Source: Amoebidium appalachense (taxonomy: Eukaryota; Protista; Ichthyosporea). From it: a stretch of DNA of 64,000 nt. Below are positions 1 to 17,298 of this stretch, in pieces. The notes beneath the pieces are model-generated. The model was not told the origin of the DNA. It did not search any database and was given only the letters and a program-made list of their open reading frames with translations. The stretch's first letter is position 1; each line of letters starts with the position of its first letter. The position numbers and the translations under genes are program-made. The stretch covers positions 620,001 through 684,000 of the forward strand of contig CAVNZM010000002.1 in assembly GCA_963693365.1 (NCBI GenBank), given 5' to 3'.

Positions 1-862
1 CCCCCAGGTCTCCCCCCCCTCCCCCCCCCCAAGCACCAAAAAAAAACTCTCCGGGGGAAGCGGGGAGGAGGGGGGGGAGAGCGGGGGATGTTCCCTTGTG
101 TGTGTGTACGAAACAGAGAGATGGCGAGTTCTGGATCACGAATGAAACAATGCATATCATTATCTTTTTTCACTTGCCGCAGACGCTTCCCTGTGCTACA
201 AGCCATATCTTTACATGGCAACAAACCCCTTTGGCGGCACAACCAAGTTCTGTATGAGGTCGTTGGAGCAGCAAAGCAATCGGAACCAAACCCAAATTCG
301 GGCGCAGGCTTATAGCATTTCCTTTCCATACGTCCGTGAAGTGATGCCGATTAGAGGTGGTTTTTAAGGTGGGAACGAGAAAAAAAGAAAAGTGGATGGT
401 TGAGCTTAGGTTGTTGTTATCAGGCTAGTCGATTTCAGCTTTTCCGTTATCTTATGAAGGAAAAATCATTCACTTCCTGAGCGCAAGTCCTTCATCCCCC
501 CCCCCTCCCCCCCCCCCCCCCGCCGAGGGAGGGAAAGGGGGGTCTGGGGGGGGGTGGGGGGGGGGGCTAATTGTTAACCTACGAACACCCTTGCATTGGT
601 TCGGGAACAAGTAAGGGGAGAGGGGGGGATGGTGGGGGGAAGGAGGGGGGGGGGGGGGGAGGGGGGAGGGGGTAGATACACTCGTAAGCCCTGAGCCAGA
701 ACTTGGGCAGAGGAACACTGTGGGACAGCAAAGCAACACGGTGCAGCAATTCAGCAGAAAGCAGGAAAAATCATCAAGCCACATACATGTGACCACTCAG
801 GCTTACATGGGTGGTGTTGATTCAGGAGGGAGACCATTGTGTGTGTGTGTATGTGTGTGTGT

Positions 863-962
<100 letters not shown>

Positions 963-1688
963 TGCGTTTGTGTTTGTGCGTGTGTGTGTTTCAAGTGCCC
1001 GGTGCATACCTTAACGGTCCTCTCAGTGCTGTGTGTGCGCATGAGAGTTTAAGTTTCCCCCACCTGCTGTTAGGTGGCGATAACCATAATGATTGGGAAT
1101 GGGAGATGCAAAGTTGTATTTTCTCGTCATCCATTTTATTAGTTAGGCCACACAGTGACCTTTATATTCGTAATCATTCAATCCATTATAAATGACCACA
1201 CCGAGCGACTGGCAACAGTGCCTGTTATTATCATCCCTGGGCTTACACAGGCCTAGGGCTACGAAATTGTGTTAGTCCGGCTATCTTTTACACTGCCAGA
1301 CGTGACAACCGGAAAAGAGGACAGTAAAAGCTCTTTACACTGAGTATGCCCTTTTTGACTAAGTTGTGCATCGATATATCACCCCATGATTCAGCTATCC
1401 TCCGGGTTTGCTTAAAAACAAAAAAAATAATAAATCACAGACTAATGGACGGACCATTCATCAGCCGTGTAGCATAGCAAGAAGACTTTGTTTCAAAATG
1501 TATTTATAGCATTTCGGCTATTGAAACAGTATATCTATGGACACAACGCCCGATAGCATAACAAGGGCTTTCGTTAGACCCGGCTGAAACCGTGCAAGTC
1601 AATATAGAAAGGTTTTGAACAACTAGTGTCGAGTCTCACGCATCTAGTAGGGTATCATTTTTCTCCAGACGACAGGGATTTCCTTCAT

Positions 1689-3300
1689 TCACTCGTCAGC
1701 CAGCAGGGCACACTGTGCGCGGGTCAGGACCAGCTCATCCTTGATTGCAGAGTTCACAAACGGGAACCAGCACAGGGCAAAGTGCACCAGCTGAAACTGG
1801 GGCCCATCCCAACCATACCACAGCACCCGCTCCGACGCCGGCACATGCACGAGGTACTGTTTGAGAATCTGTGGGCGGATGGCGGCGGGGTTAACCTGGT
1901 ACATTCTGTCGAGCATGCAGTCGTCATAGAGCTTGTTGCACGGTCCAGTGGGTGTCAGGTTGGCAAATGACTCTGTGCGCAGATTGGTCGGATGGCTGCT
2001 GGTTACCCGCGATCCGCTTGTGGGGAGCACGTGGCCTGCCTGGAAGGACGTCTCGGTTATCTCCTCCTTTCCGCACGCCAGACACAGAGACACGTCCCAC
2101 ACGTAGGTGCCCGGCCTGTTGGACCCTGCCGTCGGGGACACAAGCAGGGCCTGGTACTCCTTAAGAAGCTCGCACCCCTTGACGTGGTCGGCCCGGAGCT
2201 GCCGGCGGTCTGCGTTGCTGCCACTGTTGTACATGCGCATGGGGTAGGTCACGTAGGCCGGTGGCAAAAGGGCGCAGGCTGTAGGGGTCCGGGTCCGAGT
2301 AAACGTCCGTGTGCAGTGCCGTGTGGCCCACACAGTTGAAGCACGCCTGCACCGTCACCGTGACTTTGCCGTTTCGTGCCGTGGCCTTGGGGGCATCGCG
2401 GACACACCCTCGGCAGAACACGTGCACACGGCAAGGCGCCACCCGCATGTTGCTGTCGTCGGCTACCCACCCAGGCAGACGGACCGTCATCTCTCGTCCA
2501 AACCGGTCACACGGAGACTCGCCTGCAGAGGGTTAAGGGGTTAGGCACTGTGTGTGTTGCGCTGCCACCGCGCTAAGCGCAGCCATGACCCCGTAGGTCA
2601 GTGTCCGGCTGGAACCGGCGGGAATGGGTTTACATTCGACCTATGAACCGACCACGTGACTAGCACGTGGCCAGACCGGCCCGTACAGAAGTCTTCCGCT
2701 GGGGTCATGGTTAGGCACCGAGATATATATGTGCTAGAAGAAAACAAAGATATGTGGTGTGACAAGTCTCAATGTCGAGGTGTATAAAGGTGTCTGCCAA
2801 GGGCAATCGCAAGAAGGAAGGAAGATTCTGAAGGAAAACAACACACGTGCATGCAAACAGTGCCACGGGACACCACAAGGAGGTAGAAGGGAAGGAAAGG
2901 GCCAGCCATGTGCAAGCACTCAGAAGGCTGGAGATCCCGGACTGCACAACACACATGCCCGTAAACCCCCTTACCATTCAGAAAGTGGCGCACGGGTGGC
3001 AGCTTGCTTTTTGCCTCTTGACCTGCTTGCTTCTCGCCAAGGCTCTTGAGCATATTCTTGCACCAATCTACAAGGAATAGGAACGGGAAAGTCGCCGAGG
3101 AGAGGATTGTCAACCGTCGCTTCTTACCAGGATGTTCCGGTGGGTCAGGGTAGTCTGGGTCGCTGGCCGGTGGGGACTGTGGCTGTACAGGTGGCGCGGG
3201 TGGAGGTGGCACGTACGCGTGCGTGTGTAGGCTCTGGCTGAAGGGGTGGGGACTGGATAGGTGCAGAAGTGCCAAAGGGATGGAGCCATGCGTATGTCCA
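1689..3300 (-). pseudogene. Decayed RING-finger + HNH endonuclease-like gene (left copy)
   Basis: Minus strand 2511-2332 reads C-D-R-F...PCRVHVFCRGC...CFNC, a C3HC4 RING pattern (second Cys is Phe here but Cys in the right copy). After a frame change near 2260, ORF 1689-2333 has CLAC-x13-H(AGHV)...NLTPT-GPCN at 2084-1935, an HNH nuclease pattern with one Cys missing from CxxCN. A CTAAC...CTGCAG acceptor-like site lies at 2544-2523. Upstream frames are broken and the 5' limit is approximate. Confidence 0.6.
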
Positions 3301-5039
3301 ATTGCCCCAGCTCATTTTTGTTTTGTCAGTGCAGTGGGCACCCTACTGGGTGGGCACCTAATCATAAGGGCGCCGGACCGTCGACACGGTTCGCAACTGC
3401 AAGCCTCGGAGGAAACTGCGACGTTATTTATAAGGTTTCCTTTGGAAGCGGTCTAGCCAATCAAAACAGATCTTGATGTCTGACTATTATCCTAATGATT
3501 ATTATCGAATCATATTATGTTGTCTCCCCACATCATACTGGTCCAGGCTCGAAGCCCAAAGAATCGGGATAGAGGTAAGCTAAATAACTGCATTATCCGT
3601 TACATATTCCTATCCGTATTAAAATAATTGGTTGTTCAGTTGAGTTTTTCCTATTGAAAGTAGGTGAATATGAGGCAGTGCAATAGCCTGAGTGTGTGAT
3701 GTAGTCTGCAGGAACAAACCAATAGGAACTTCCCGAAAAAAGCAGCATTGATGCTTGCTTTGAAATACGAAGTAACGAAATGTTTAAAAAGACTAATACA
3801 TATAACAGTTCATAAAAAGTGGAAATTGGTATGTGGCTGGAATACATAGATTTAGTGTTTCGATATTACTTCCTGAGTCTGATATGATGATGTAACAGGC
3901 GGCAAATACTTTCATCACCATATCCATGAGAACACTTTATGCCGAAACTATGTAAGGCACGACCAATAGAAAATCTGAGCGCAGGTCCAATGAAATAAAA
4001 AAACTCGAGTAGCAGTAGGACGCTCGAAGTAGATACATGCACACTATCAACGCAAATGCTGGCAATGAAATTATTTTGCCAGTTAATAAATGCACGACTC
4101 CAAAGCCGCTCGTCACACTACTGTACATGCTCCGCTGTGACAGTGTGCGGCCTAGTACCTACATTTAAAATCACTGGGCAAGAATGCCAAGAATGCACGT
4201 AGGAATGCTCGCATGAGCAACAACTTGCCAACAAGGCTTGGCGTAGCGATATTTTGTGCGTAGTAAAGCACAGTGTTCTTGTATGATATTGTAACTTGGA
4301 ATAAACGCATTCACTGCAGCAGCTTGCAGCTTCTTGGAGTACCCTATATAGCTATGTATGCATAGTACTGACGGGCAGGTTATGGCGACATTCGATATCA
4401 GCTGACACAGCCTTGGATTTTCACATGCAGTGTGATCTCGATCTTTGTTCCTATTGGGTGCACGCGTGCGAATGCATGCCAGGGTCCGGGCAGCCAGCCT
4501 GAGCCAGGCCCAGCACACTGTGATAACATTTCGGGTAGGTATGGATGCAAACCATTAGTCAATTGCAGTTCACGGTGGTAGGAAAAATTTGTGATTGCGT
4601 TAGCCAAAATAATTTTGTATTCAATGTATTGTTCATCCTTGTGACAAGCAACTCGCATTCAGGCTCTCGGACACGGTGACCATTTATAAGTTTACTGAAA
4701 CGGCTTACAAAGTCGGACTGCCTTATATGAAGCATGCTCAGAGTACATACGTGCAGCATATTATTTACTGTGAATATATCAGAATATATGGCGAAGTAAA
4801 TAATAAACACCGAGTTTGCATGTTTGCACCTTAACCAGAGTTTATATATGTTTAGTTCAGTCTAGTCAAGACTCAATTGAACTCTCGTGCTCTCCTGTGA
4901 TTCGATATTGATCAGCTATAGTAGTTACCGCCTTGATTTGATTGGTCTGACGTGGTCCACTGGCAGGGAGATAAAAAGGCGGCACAGCCCCTTCGAAACA
5001 TCAGTCGTTCGCCGTCTGCACCAAATGAGCATCCCGGCG

Positions 5040-5653
5040 ATGCCATGGCCATCAAGATGATGTGTGTAGCTTCCTGCCTGTCGGGCTGCAGCCCCAAACC
5101 GGCCCCCACCCATGGAGTTGGAGCGCTCAACGTCTCATCGGCCACCTCATCCCGCCCCTCATTCGCCTTTCTGCAGGTTACCACGGGACATGGAGTTTCC
5201 CCGTTTTATTGACGTAGGGCTACCTTTCGACCAGCGGGTATCACAGTATGGCGTATTCGGCTCGCCCCAAAATCCAGACAACTAAAAGTGGTTTTCTCCC
5301 GCCGCCCCTGGGTAATGTCGGTCACCAGGACCCTACCTCACCAACCGTTCAACGGCCCACCTGCTCCGATATAGACTACGACAATGCAAACGAGTTCTTC
5401 GGCAACATTCTCGTTGGCCTGTTGCACGTGTTGTCTTCGTGCAAACATATGCCCAAGGGGGGTTTACGCTGTTTACTCGAGGCAAAGAGAAACCAGTCTC
5501 AGGTATGGGGGGGGGTTTTGCTCGGAATACATATCCCCTCAGCGGTATATCATGATCACGTACATAGATGTCGGGTGATGACTATATTTCAGGGTTTACT
5601 TTCTCTACGAGACACCATAAAGACTAAGAGAAATCAATTAGTTGGGGTTCCCC

Positions 5654-5699
<46 letters not shown>

Positions 5700-5730
5700 G
5701 GGCTCCCCTGGGACACTCGGTATCAGCTAG

Positions 5731-5799
<69 letters not shown>

Positions 5800-7036
5800 T
5801 GTGTGTGCGCGCGTGCTAGAATTTTGTAGTGATTTGTTTCTCAAGCCAATCAATACATCTAATAAACAGGTCGTAGTTACGCGTGTTTAGTATAAAATCA
5901 AGGATGTTGTAATTTATAGGTAGGCTATCTTTCTGGGTGTCTGTTGTGAATGTGACGTGTGTGTGTTGCGGTATTATGTGGTCTATCAAACTACATTTGG
6001 CGATACATGACCGTTTAAACTGGTGTGTGTGTGTTGTTTGGGCATGCAAACGATGCCACCTTATACTTATTAGATCTCCACTGTATAGCACTTGTACCGA
6101 GTAAAAGCGTGGTAGTTGATCGATAATACCATCAGCTAGAGAAAGACCAGTTCTACAGGAAGGTAATATGTATTTAGGTGTTAGGTGCATTTGCGAGTGC
6201 CATATTTGGCAATATGAACGGTTGAGGCGGTCAGTATATATAAAACGAGACATAAGGCTTAGTTTTTCAAGGTGTCTGCTTTCATCGGGTCTAGTGTCGT
6301 GTGGTATCTTTTTCCATTTGTTAAATTGCGTGATTACCTTGTGATTGTGTACATGTTTAATAAGTAAGTGGGAGTCCAAAGTCACACACACACTTTTGCG
6401 GGGTTTATTTGTATTTGTGCACAAGAACCTCAGCGAAAAAACCAGCGCAGCCACTTTGTCAACGGTAAGGGGTTTTACATAGGCATGTGTGTTGTGCAGT
6501 CCGGTATCTCCAGCCTTCTGGGTGCTTGCAGAAGGCTGGCCCTGTCGTTTCCCCCAACCTCCTTGTGGTGTCCCGTGGCACTGTCTGCATGCACGTGTGT
6601 TGTTTCCCTTCACACTCTCTCTTCCTTCTTCTTTGCTCGTTGCATAAACTGCTTGTGCACATTTGACGTTGCTATGCTGCGTCCTTCTAGCACACTATCT
6701 CGATGCCTAACCATGACCCCAGCGGACAACTTCTGTACGGGCCGGTCTGGCCACGTGTTAGTCACGTGGTCGGTTCATAGGTCGAATGTAAACCCATTCC
6801 CGCCGGTTCTCAGCCGGACACTGACCTACGGGGTCATGGCTGCGCTTAGCGCGGTGGCAGCGCAACACACGCAGTGCCTAACCCCTTAACCCTCTCCAGG
6901 CGAGTCTCCGTGTGACCGGTGTGGACGAGAGATGACGGTCCGTGTGTCTAGCCATGGCCTTGCCGCGCCAGTAATGACCGCAGCACCAAACACTTGGGTC
7001 ATCCCGTGCCGTGTGCAAGTGTTATTCTGTGTGTGA
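5040..7036 (+). pseudogene. Second, inverted and truncated copy of the RING(-HNH) gene, interrupted by an insertion
   Basis: 6695-6945 is a near-identical reverse complement of 2480-2725, and 6445-6625 matches 2820-2995. 5440-5500 (CKHMPKG...EAKR) aligns with the left copy (CKNMLKS...EAKS). It reads SPCDRCGREMTVR...IPCRVQVLFCV* and stops at about 7036. About 5505-6440 is foreign sequence. Confidence 0.55.
5733..6440 (-). mobile_element. 5'-truncated non-LTR retrotransposon (LINE) relic, ORF2 C-terminus, ending in (CA)n
   Basis: ORF 5816-6613 contains YCQIWHSQMHLTPKYILPSC, a degenerate CxxC...LTxKHILxxC zinc knuckle (W=TGG and Y=TAC are each one base from C and H). The stop at 5816-5818 runs directly into a (CA)n tract. 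The segment is AT-rich relative to its flanks. Confidence 0.5.
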
Positions 7037-8342
7037 GCCTCAACACACTCGTGTAACTCAGCACTATTAACTGGCAGAAGCACGTGTGCATGTGCAAAAC
7101 ATCTGACCCACTACTAAAGTTGTAACCTCCACCGTTTGAGATATCCCCCACTACCGACAGTACTGCAAGACAACCACCTTGGATTTGGATTTAGTTCAGT
7201 GAGATGTCTGTACATTTCCTGGGGTTATTTTGATGTACACAATTGAAGATCTTGTCGACGTAGGCACGGGCTAAAACCTACCCCTAGTGTGTGCCACAAC
7301 TTGAACATAGAACCCGTATTGAAACTAGAATACAAAATCCACAGCTGAACACCATGAATCAGCTCTCAAATAAATATCTAAGCAGGAAAAAAAAAAAGAA
7401 AAAGGCACCGGTCCCGGTGACCCACCGCCCATATACCCTCCCCCCCCCCCCCCCCCCCCCCTCCCCCCAAAACCCGCCCACCCACCCACCCACTCAAGAA
7501 CTATCCCCCCAAAGCCATCACAACCACCGTCGTCGCCGCCAGAAAAACAAAAACAACAACAAAAACAAAAAAGAAAAACAGAAACAATTAACCAGCACAG
7601 TTTAAAGCTATTAAAACCCCAAATGTACACAAACCAAATGCACCAAGCCCATTACTGTGCCACACTACACACGGTAGAACAGTAATAGCCTCATCCTAAC
7701 CAGCATTGCCACTGACTCAGGTTTTTCATTTTTTTATTTTTATTTTTAGGGGGGGGGGGGTTTAATGTAGCAATGGATCCGATTAGATTCGATGATTAGC
7801 CCCCGAGGAAAAGAAAAGAGGAAAGGGAGCTCGAGGGGTTACATTGTCGGTTAGACACAATGGTGAGGAGGGCAAGAGATATTTGGGAGGCCTTCTGTCG
7901 TTGGATGTGGAGGCTTGGGGGGGGGGGGGGAGGGGAGGGGAGGGGGAGGGGCCCCGCAAGGGGGGAGGGGGGAGGGGGGAGGGGGGGGTCCAAAGAATGT
8001 GCACAAATGGCACGTAGGAAATATCTGACTACCACGCTCTCAAAAGGCATTAAATATCTTGAAATACACGTACTTTTATTGCACTGCCCTCAATCAATGG
8101 CTCTGCCCATCTTCGAGTTCAGGCAGACGGGACCCACATCCTCTCTAGATCCTCCCTCATGCACAGAGTGAGTAATTCACACGGTGGAAATGCACAGTGC
8201 ACACAGTGCTACATTTGATCTTTACAACACATAGCCTTTTGCGCAAAAAATGTGTCTAACACGTATGAGATTCAATGTACGCCACATTATCCAATTAGAA
8301 TTCACCGCATGAACGCTCGCACACACATAAGTGATTGGCCAA

Positions 8343-12534
<4,192 letters not shown>

Positions 12535-13785
12535 CGTGTTTCTGCAGAGGATAATTTCAAATTAGCTACTGGCCAGAGGTAGTAACTTGAGATAGTACTA
12601 GTTAAGGAGGATAAAAAGTCAATTTGGCACGCCGTAGAAAATTTCATGTACTGAGTTTTAACTTTGCCAATGTCCGTGCAACACCGTGTGGCGGTGTGTG
12701 TGCATTTATTTGGAACATCAATTGCAATTTGAAAGGGCCCGTGTGTCAGCGGCGCGGCGGCCTAGTGCGCACATGCACCGTTTCCCGAGTATTCTGTGCG
12801 GTTTTCTATGTACCGTGCACCTGTGAGAGGATGCACGTGCGGTTCTACAATACAAAGTGAATGACAGTGGTAGCTAAGGAAGGAGGGGGAGGGGATTTAG
12901 AGGGGGGCATACGAAAAGCCAGGAGGTTCCGGCGGAAAGGGGGATGAGGGGGGCGAGGGGGGGGGGGGGGGGGAGCCCCGCCTGGGGCGATCAACATAAT
13001 CTAATATTTGGATAAACGTTCTTACATAAGCACAGAGATCACGCTTTCTTCCTAGCTGCTCAAGAGGCACCAGCACAGAGCACAGAGCAATACAGAATCC
13101 AGCAACGTTCTCACCTTGATGCCTCACGGGCAGAACTGGAATGGTTGTGAGGTGTGCCTGCCTTTATATACCCGCGCAGCCGCAGCAAAAAAGATCGGTA
13201 ATATAAATGCATGATATTCATCTATTGTGATTGGATTTTCGGTGGCAATAATCTTGAATCGGTCGCCGCCACGAGAAAGCTTATTACTACCGCAAAAGTA
13301 AACAATAGGGTTTTAATACCTGCACGTATAAAAATGCTTCTATTGCAGGTATGCGTGTTCTTTAGATCTGCCTTTAAGAATTAGTGTGCACGAAACAAGT
13401 AACGACTTATGCGCCATGCAACTACAAAACTGTTGTATTTCCTCTGACTTAGATCGACCAATCATATGCCTGAAGCAATCTTTCTTTGACGGCCATGTGG
13501 TCTGGGTGGTGATTGGTCGCCTGAATCTGTCTGCTCATGTGCGGCCGCTGCCGTTCCCGTGCTGTTTGTTTACTCGCCATTTATGGTTATGTCTGCAGTT
13601 AGAAAGTGCAGGCGTGGTTCATCATCATGCATGCATCAAGAACTCTACACACACGCACGCACACACACACGCGCGCACACACAAACACATACACACGCAC
13701 ACGCACACACAGACACACACACAACCGCGAGCACACGGGCACACGCACACACACGCAGACAGGCACACACACGCGTGCGCGCACA

Positions 13786-13872
<87 letters not shown>

Positions 13873-14893
13873 ACAAACAAACACACACACACACACACAA
13901 ACACAAACAGGCACAAACACACACGCTCAAAGTTCTCCCTCCTTTGCTCTCTCTCGCTTGCACTCTCTAAGATCTGTAGCTCTGTGTGTTGTGTGTGTGC
14001 GTGTGTGTGTGTGCGTGTGCGTGCGTGTGCGTGCGTGTGTGTGTGTGTGTGCTTATGTGTGCTTGTGTGTACCTGTGTGTGCGTGTGTGTGTGTGTGTGC
14101 GCGCGCACGTGTGTATGTATGCCGCGCGCGCACGTGCGTGAGTATGTGTCTAACACTATTGCTATGCATCATGGGGCGTAGGCTATCCGGTTGCGTGCTC
14201 CTGCCCCACGGAAAACGTACTACGGAGTTAATGGCATTGACACATTACGGGACGCAACCAACTCCGAGTCAGAAGCAGAGCCAGCCCACGCATAACTACG
14301 TACTGTAACAGGCTCACAGGTGTACGCATTCTAGCGCAACTAGGATAATACGTATATCAATATGGCATGATTAAAGACTTGCCGTCGTGCACCTGGCTGA
14401 CACCTCTTCCCGCGACTCCCAGGCCCAGTTGTTCATTGATTGGTGTACATGTGGTGTCCGGGGTTGTGTCGTGGTTTGTGTCATAACCGGCAGCCCGCGT
14501 AACATTCTTATGAATAGAGGGCCCACGTACCCAGGGGCCACAAAGGGGAGGGGGGAGGGGGATGCGGTGAAGAGGAGGAGGGGGGGAAGGGGGCAGTGTC
14601 TTTGATATAAATATTATGTTCATGCACAGCACTTGTACCACAGTACCACACTCCCCCCTTCCCTCTCCCGGGCCGTGCACCTCCGGGCACCAAATCTTAG
14701 GTAGTCCTGGGTCGATCCCCCATACCACCCACGTCCCCACCTTTCCCCGCGGCTCCTATCCCTGCGGCTTCCTCCCAACCTCTCTGAAACAAATGAATTT
14801 GTGTGGTGGTGCTTGTGTGCCCCACCGTCTGTGTGTGCCGTATGCATTTGCCACACTGCAGCGCATGCCAACACAGTGCATGAACAATGGCTA

Positions 14894-15486
14894 GGAGGGC
14901 GCAACCACATCGGCAGAGTCAAGCAAAAAGCAAAATTTTCCTGCAAAAGTGGGTCTACTCTGCGAAAAAGAAGAATCATTCTGCAAAAAGCAGAATTATT
15001 GTGCAAAAAGCGGAATTATTCTGCAAAAGCAGAACCACTCTGCTTTTAGCAGAATTCGTCTGCTTTTAGTAGAATTATTCTGCAAAGGCAGAATCACTCT
15101 GCGTTTAGCTTGCTATTAGCATAATTATTCAAGTTGCAAAAAGCAGAATTATTCTGCTTTCGACATCGGAATAATTCTTCTTTTAGCAGAAAATTCCTGC
15201 AGAATAATTCTGCTTTAGCAGAACAATCCTGCTTCTAGAAAATTTATTCTGCTTCTGGCGGAATATTTGAGCTAAATACATCGACCCTATTCGCATCTCT
15301 TTAGATAGGACTTGAACCTATAACCTTAACATAGTACTAAATTCTTTGCTTACGTCTTAGGAGTCTTATTAATTCCAATAATTCTGCTTTCGGAGCATGG
15401 TTCTGCTTTGCTGAGTCGTAATAATTCTGCTTTCTGAATAATCCTGCTCGGAGCAAGTTGATTCAGCCGATGTGGTAGGGCCCTCC
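14894..15486. mobile_element. MITE / non-autonomous DNA transposon with ~30-bp TIRs and TA flanks
   Basis: Left end TA|GGAGGGCGCAACCACATCGGCAGAGTCAA. Right end, reverse-complemented, TA|GGAGGGCCCTACCACATCGGCTGAATCAA. The interior holds many near-palindromic GCAGAATTATTCTGC-like units and no coding capacity. Confidence 0.8.
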
Positions 15487-15839
15487 TAGGCCTATGGGTG
15501 AGTGTATAGATGGTTAGAAGTTAGGGGGTGTGCGCATGTGTCTGTGGTTACTTATGGGAGCACGTGTATGTGTGTGTGCTTGTGACTGTGTGTTGCGTTG
15601 TGTATGCAGTGTGCGCACGTGTGCGCGCGTCTCTCTTTCCTTAATATGTTTGCTCTGCGTGTGTATGTGTTCCTCAGTGGTGCTGGCATTATTAAAATGC
15701 TATGTGTCCTCCGTCAAATAAATAATTATTGCAGATCCCGGGCCGTGTGGGTCGATGAGCTACTAGCATGCAAAGTAAGGTTTAGTGCGAGTGTATGGAG
15801 CAGCGCTCGGTGCTCAGGTGGTTGACGTTGGACCTCCCC

Positions 15840-15870
<31 letters not shown>

Positions 15871-15960
15871 AAAAAAAAAACAAAAAACCGGGGGCACCGT
15901 TGGGGGGAGGACCCACTTTACTTTCAGCAAGGCTCCAGATTCCCCTCTCCTTCCCCTTCT

Positions 15961-16000
<40 letters not shown>

Positions 16001-17037
16001 CACACACACACACCTTCTCCCAGGGCCTCCCCCCTCGCCCCCTCTGGGGAAGCAGACTGAGCGATTGGTGGCCCTCTCCCCCTCCCCCCTCTCCATCTTC
16101 CCCCCCTTCCCCCTCTTCCCTCCACCCTAGGAAAAGAAAAAGAGGTGGAAAAAAATGATGCACACACAATGAGTGCACATGGCTAAGCCATGGAAACACG
16201 AACCAACAAGATACACACGTGCCCAGAGGGCCATTTATCTTATGTGCTTGTGCTCAAACATGGCTACCTGAGCGGTACGACTCACACACTTACGACACTT
16301 TCAACTGCTGGCATTAATGTTTTGATGTTGTAGGATGCACCATACAAAGTAGACAAGGATGCCTATGCAGATACTGTGCATGGAGGCACACAGGCAGGCA
16401 CCTATACCATGCATTCACACAGCCCTCAGCCAAACAAATTACACAGGCACAGGTGCCCTGCTACACGCATACACACACTCTTGTGGCCATGACCGGCGGG
16501 GGGAGAGGGGGGAAGGGGGGAGGGGGGGGGGGGGGGGAGATGTGTGTATGGGGGGGAGTGGGGTGGAAGGAACGGGAGGGGCGCCGGAGGGGGGGGAGGG
16601 GAGTTGGGGGGAGGGGGGGGATGGGGGGATGGGGAGGTGGGGCTGGGGGGGGGGGGGGGGGGGTGGAGTTGGGGGGATCGGGGGGATGGGGCAGGGGGGA
16701 GGATTTTTTTTCACGTCGACACCCTTATGCCGTGTCCAAGCTGGTGCGATTTGTTTGTGCCGGTGTTAGGTCCGGGGCAATGACAGGTGCTGAGGCATGG
16801 TGGGTGTGGGCAAGGGGGGCAGGGAGGGGGGGGGGGGGGAGGGGGGGGGGGGGGGGGGGGCGGAAGGGGGTTAGAGGGGACGAGGAATTATTTGTTGCAG
16901 AAAGGAGAGTTCTGGGACCGTCTCTGTGGGCATAGTATCCGATCCTCATCTTTACTTGGATATGGGGCCCCCTCAGTGTCTGGGAAAATAGGGTGGGTGG
17001 TATGGTTTTGGAAGTGGGGTTGTTTTTTTTTTTTTTT

Positions 17038-17083
<46 letters not shown>

Positions 17084-17098
17084 GGGGGGGAGGAGGGT

Positions 17099-17129
<31 letters not shown>

Positions 17130-17267
17130 GGGGGTTAGCTATATTGTCAAAGGATCTTTGCCAGTCAGGTCCGAAATCCCCCGGGCCCCCCCTCCCCACC
17201 TCTGCCCCCCCCTCCCCCCCCCCTCCTCCCCACTCGCCTCCCCTTACCCCCCCCCCCCCCCTCCCCC

Positions 17268-17298
<31 letters not shown>

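Noticed and set aside
2528-2546. GGGTTAAGGGGTTAGG as a telomeric repeat or telomerase-template-like sequence
   Set aside because: Only two imperfect units; better explained as a CTAAC branch point and pyrimidine tract before a CAG acceptor on the minus strand.
3593-4128. Two hydrophobic minus-strand ORFs in the spacer of the inverted duplication
   Set aside because: Short, in different frames, AT-rich and without any family motif.
14695-14725. GTCCTGGGTCGATCCCCA resembling a tRNA/SINE B box
   Set aside because: Imperfect B box, with no A box or cloverleaf upstream.
15295-15335. tRNA T-arm-like hairpin ATAGG-TTCAAGT-CCTAT (minus strand) inside the MITE
   Set aside because: No acceptor stem, D arm or anticodon arm could be built.
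14920-15450. Repeat array as CRISPR-like
   Set aside because: The units are degenerate, irregularly spaced, lack unique spacers and sit inside TIRs; eukaryotic context with no cas genes.
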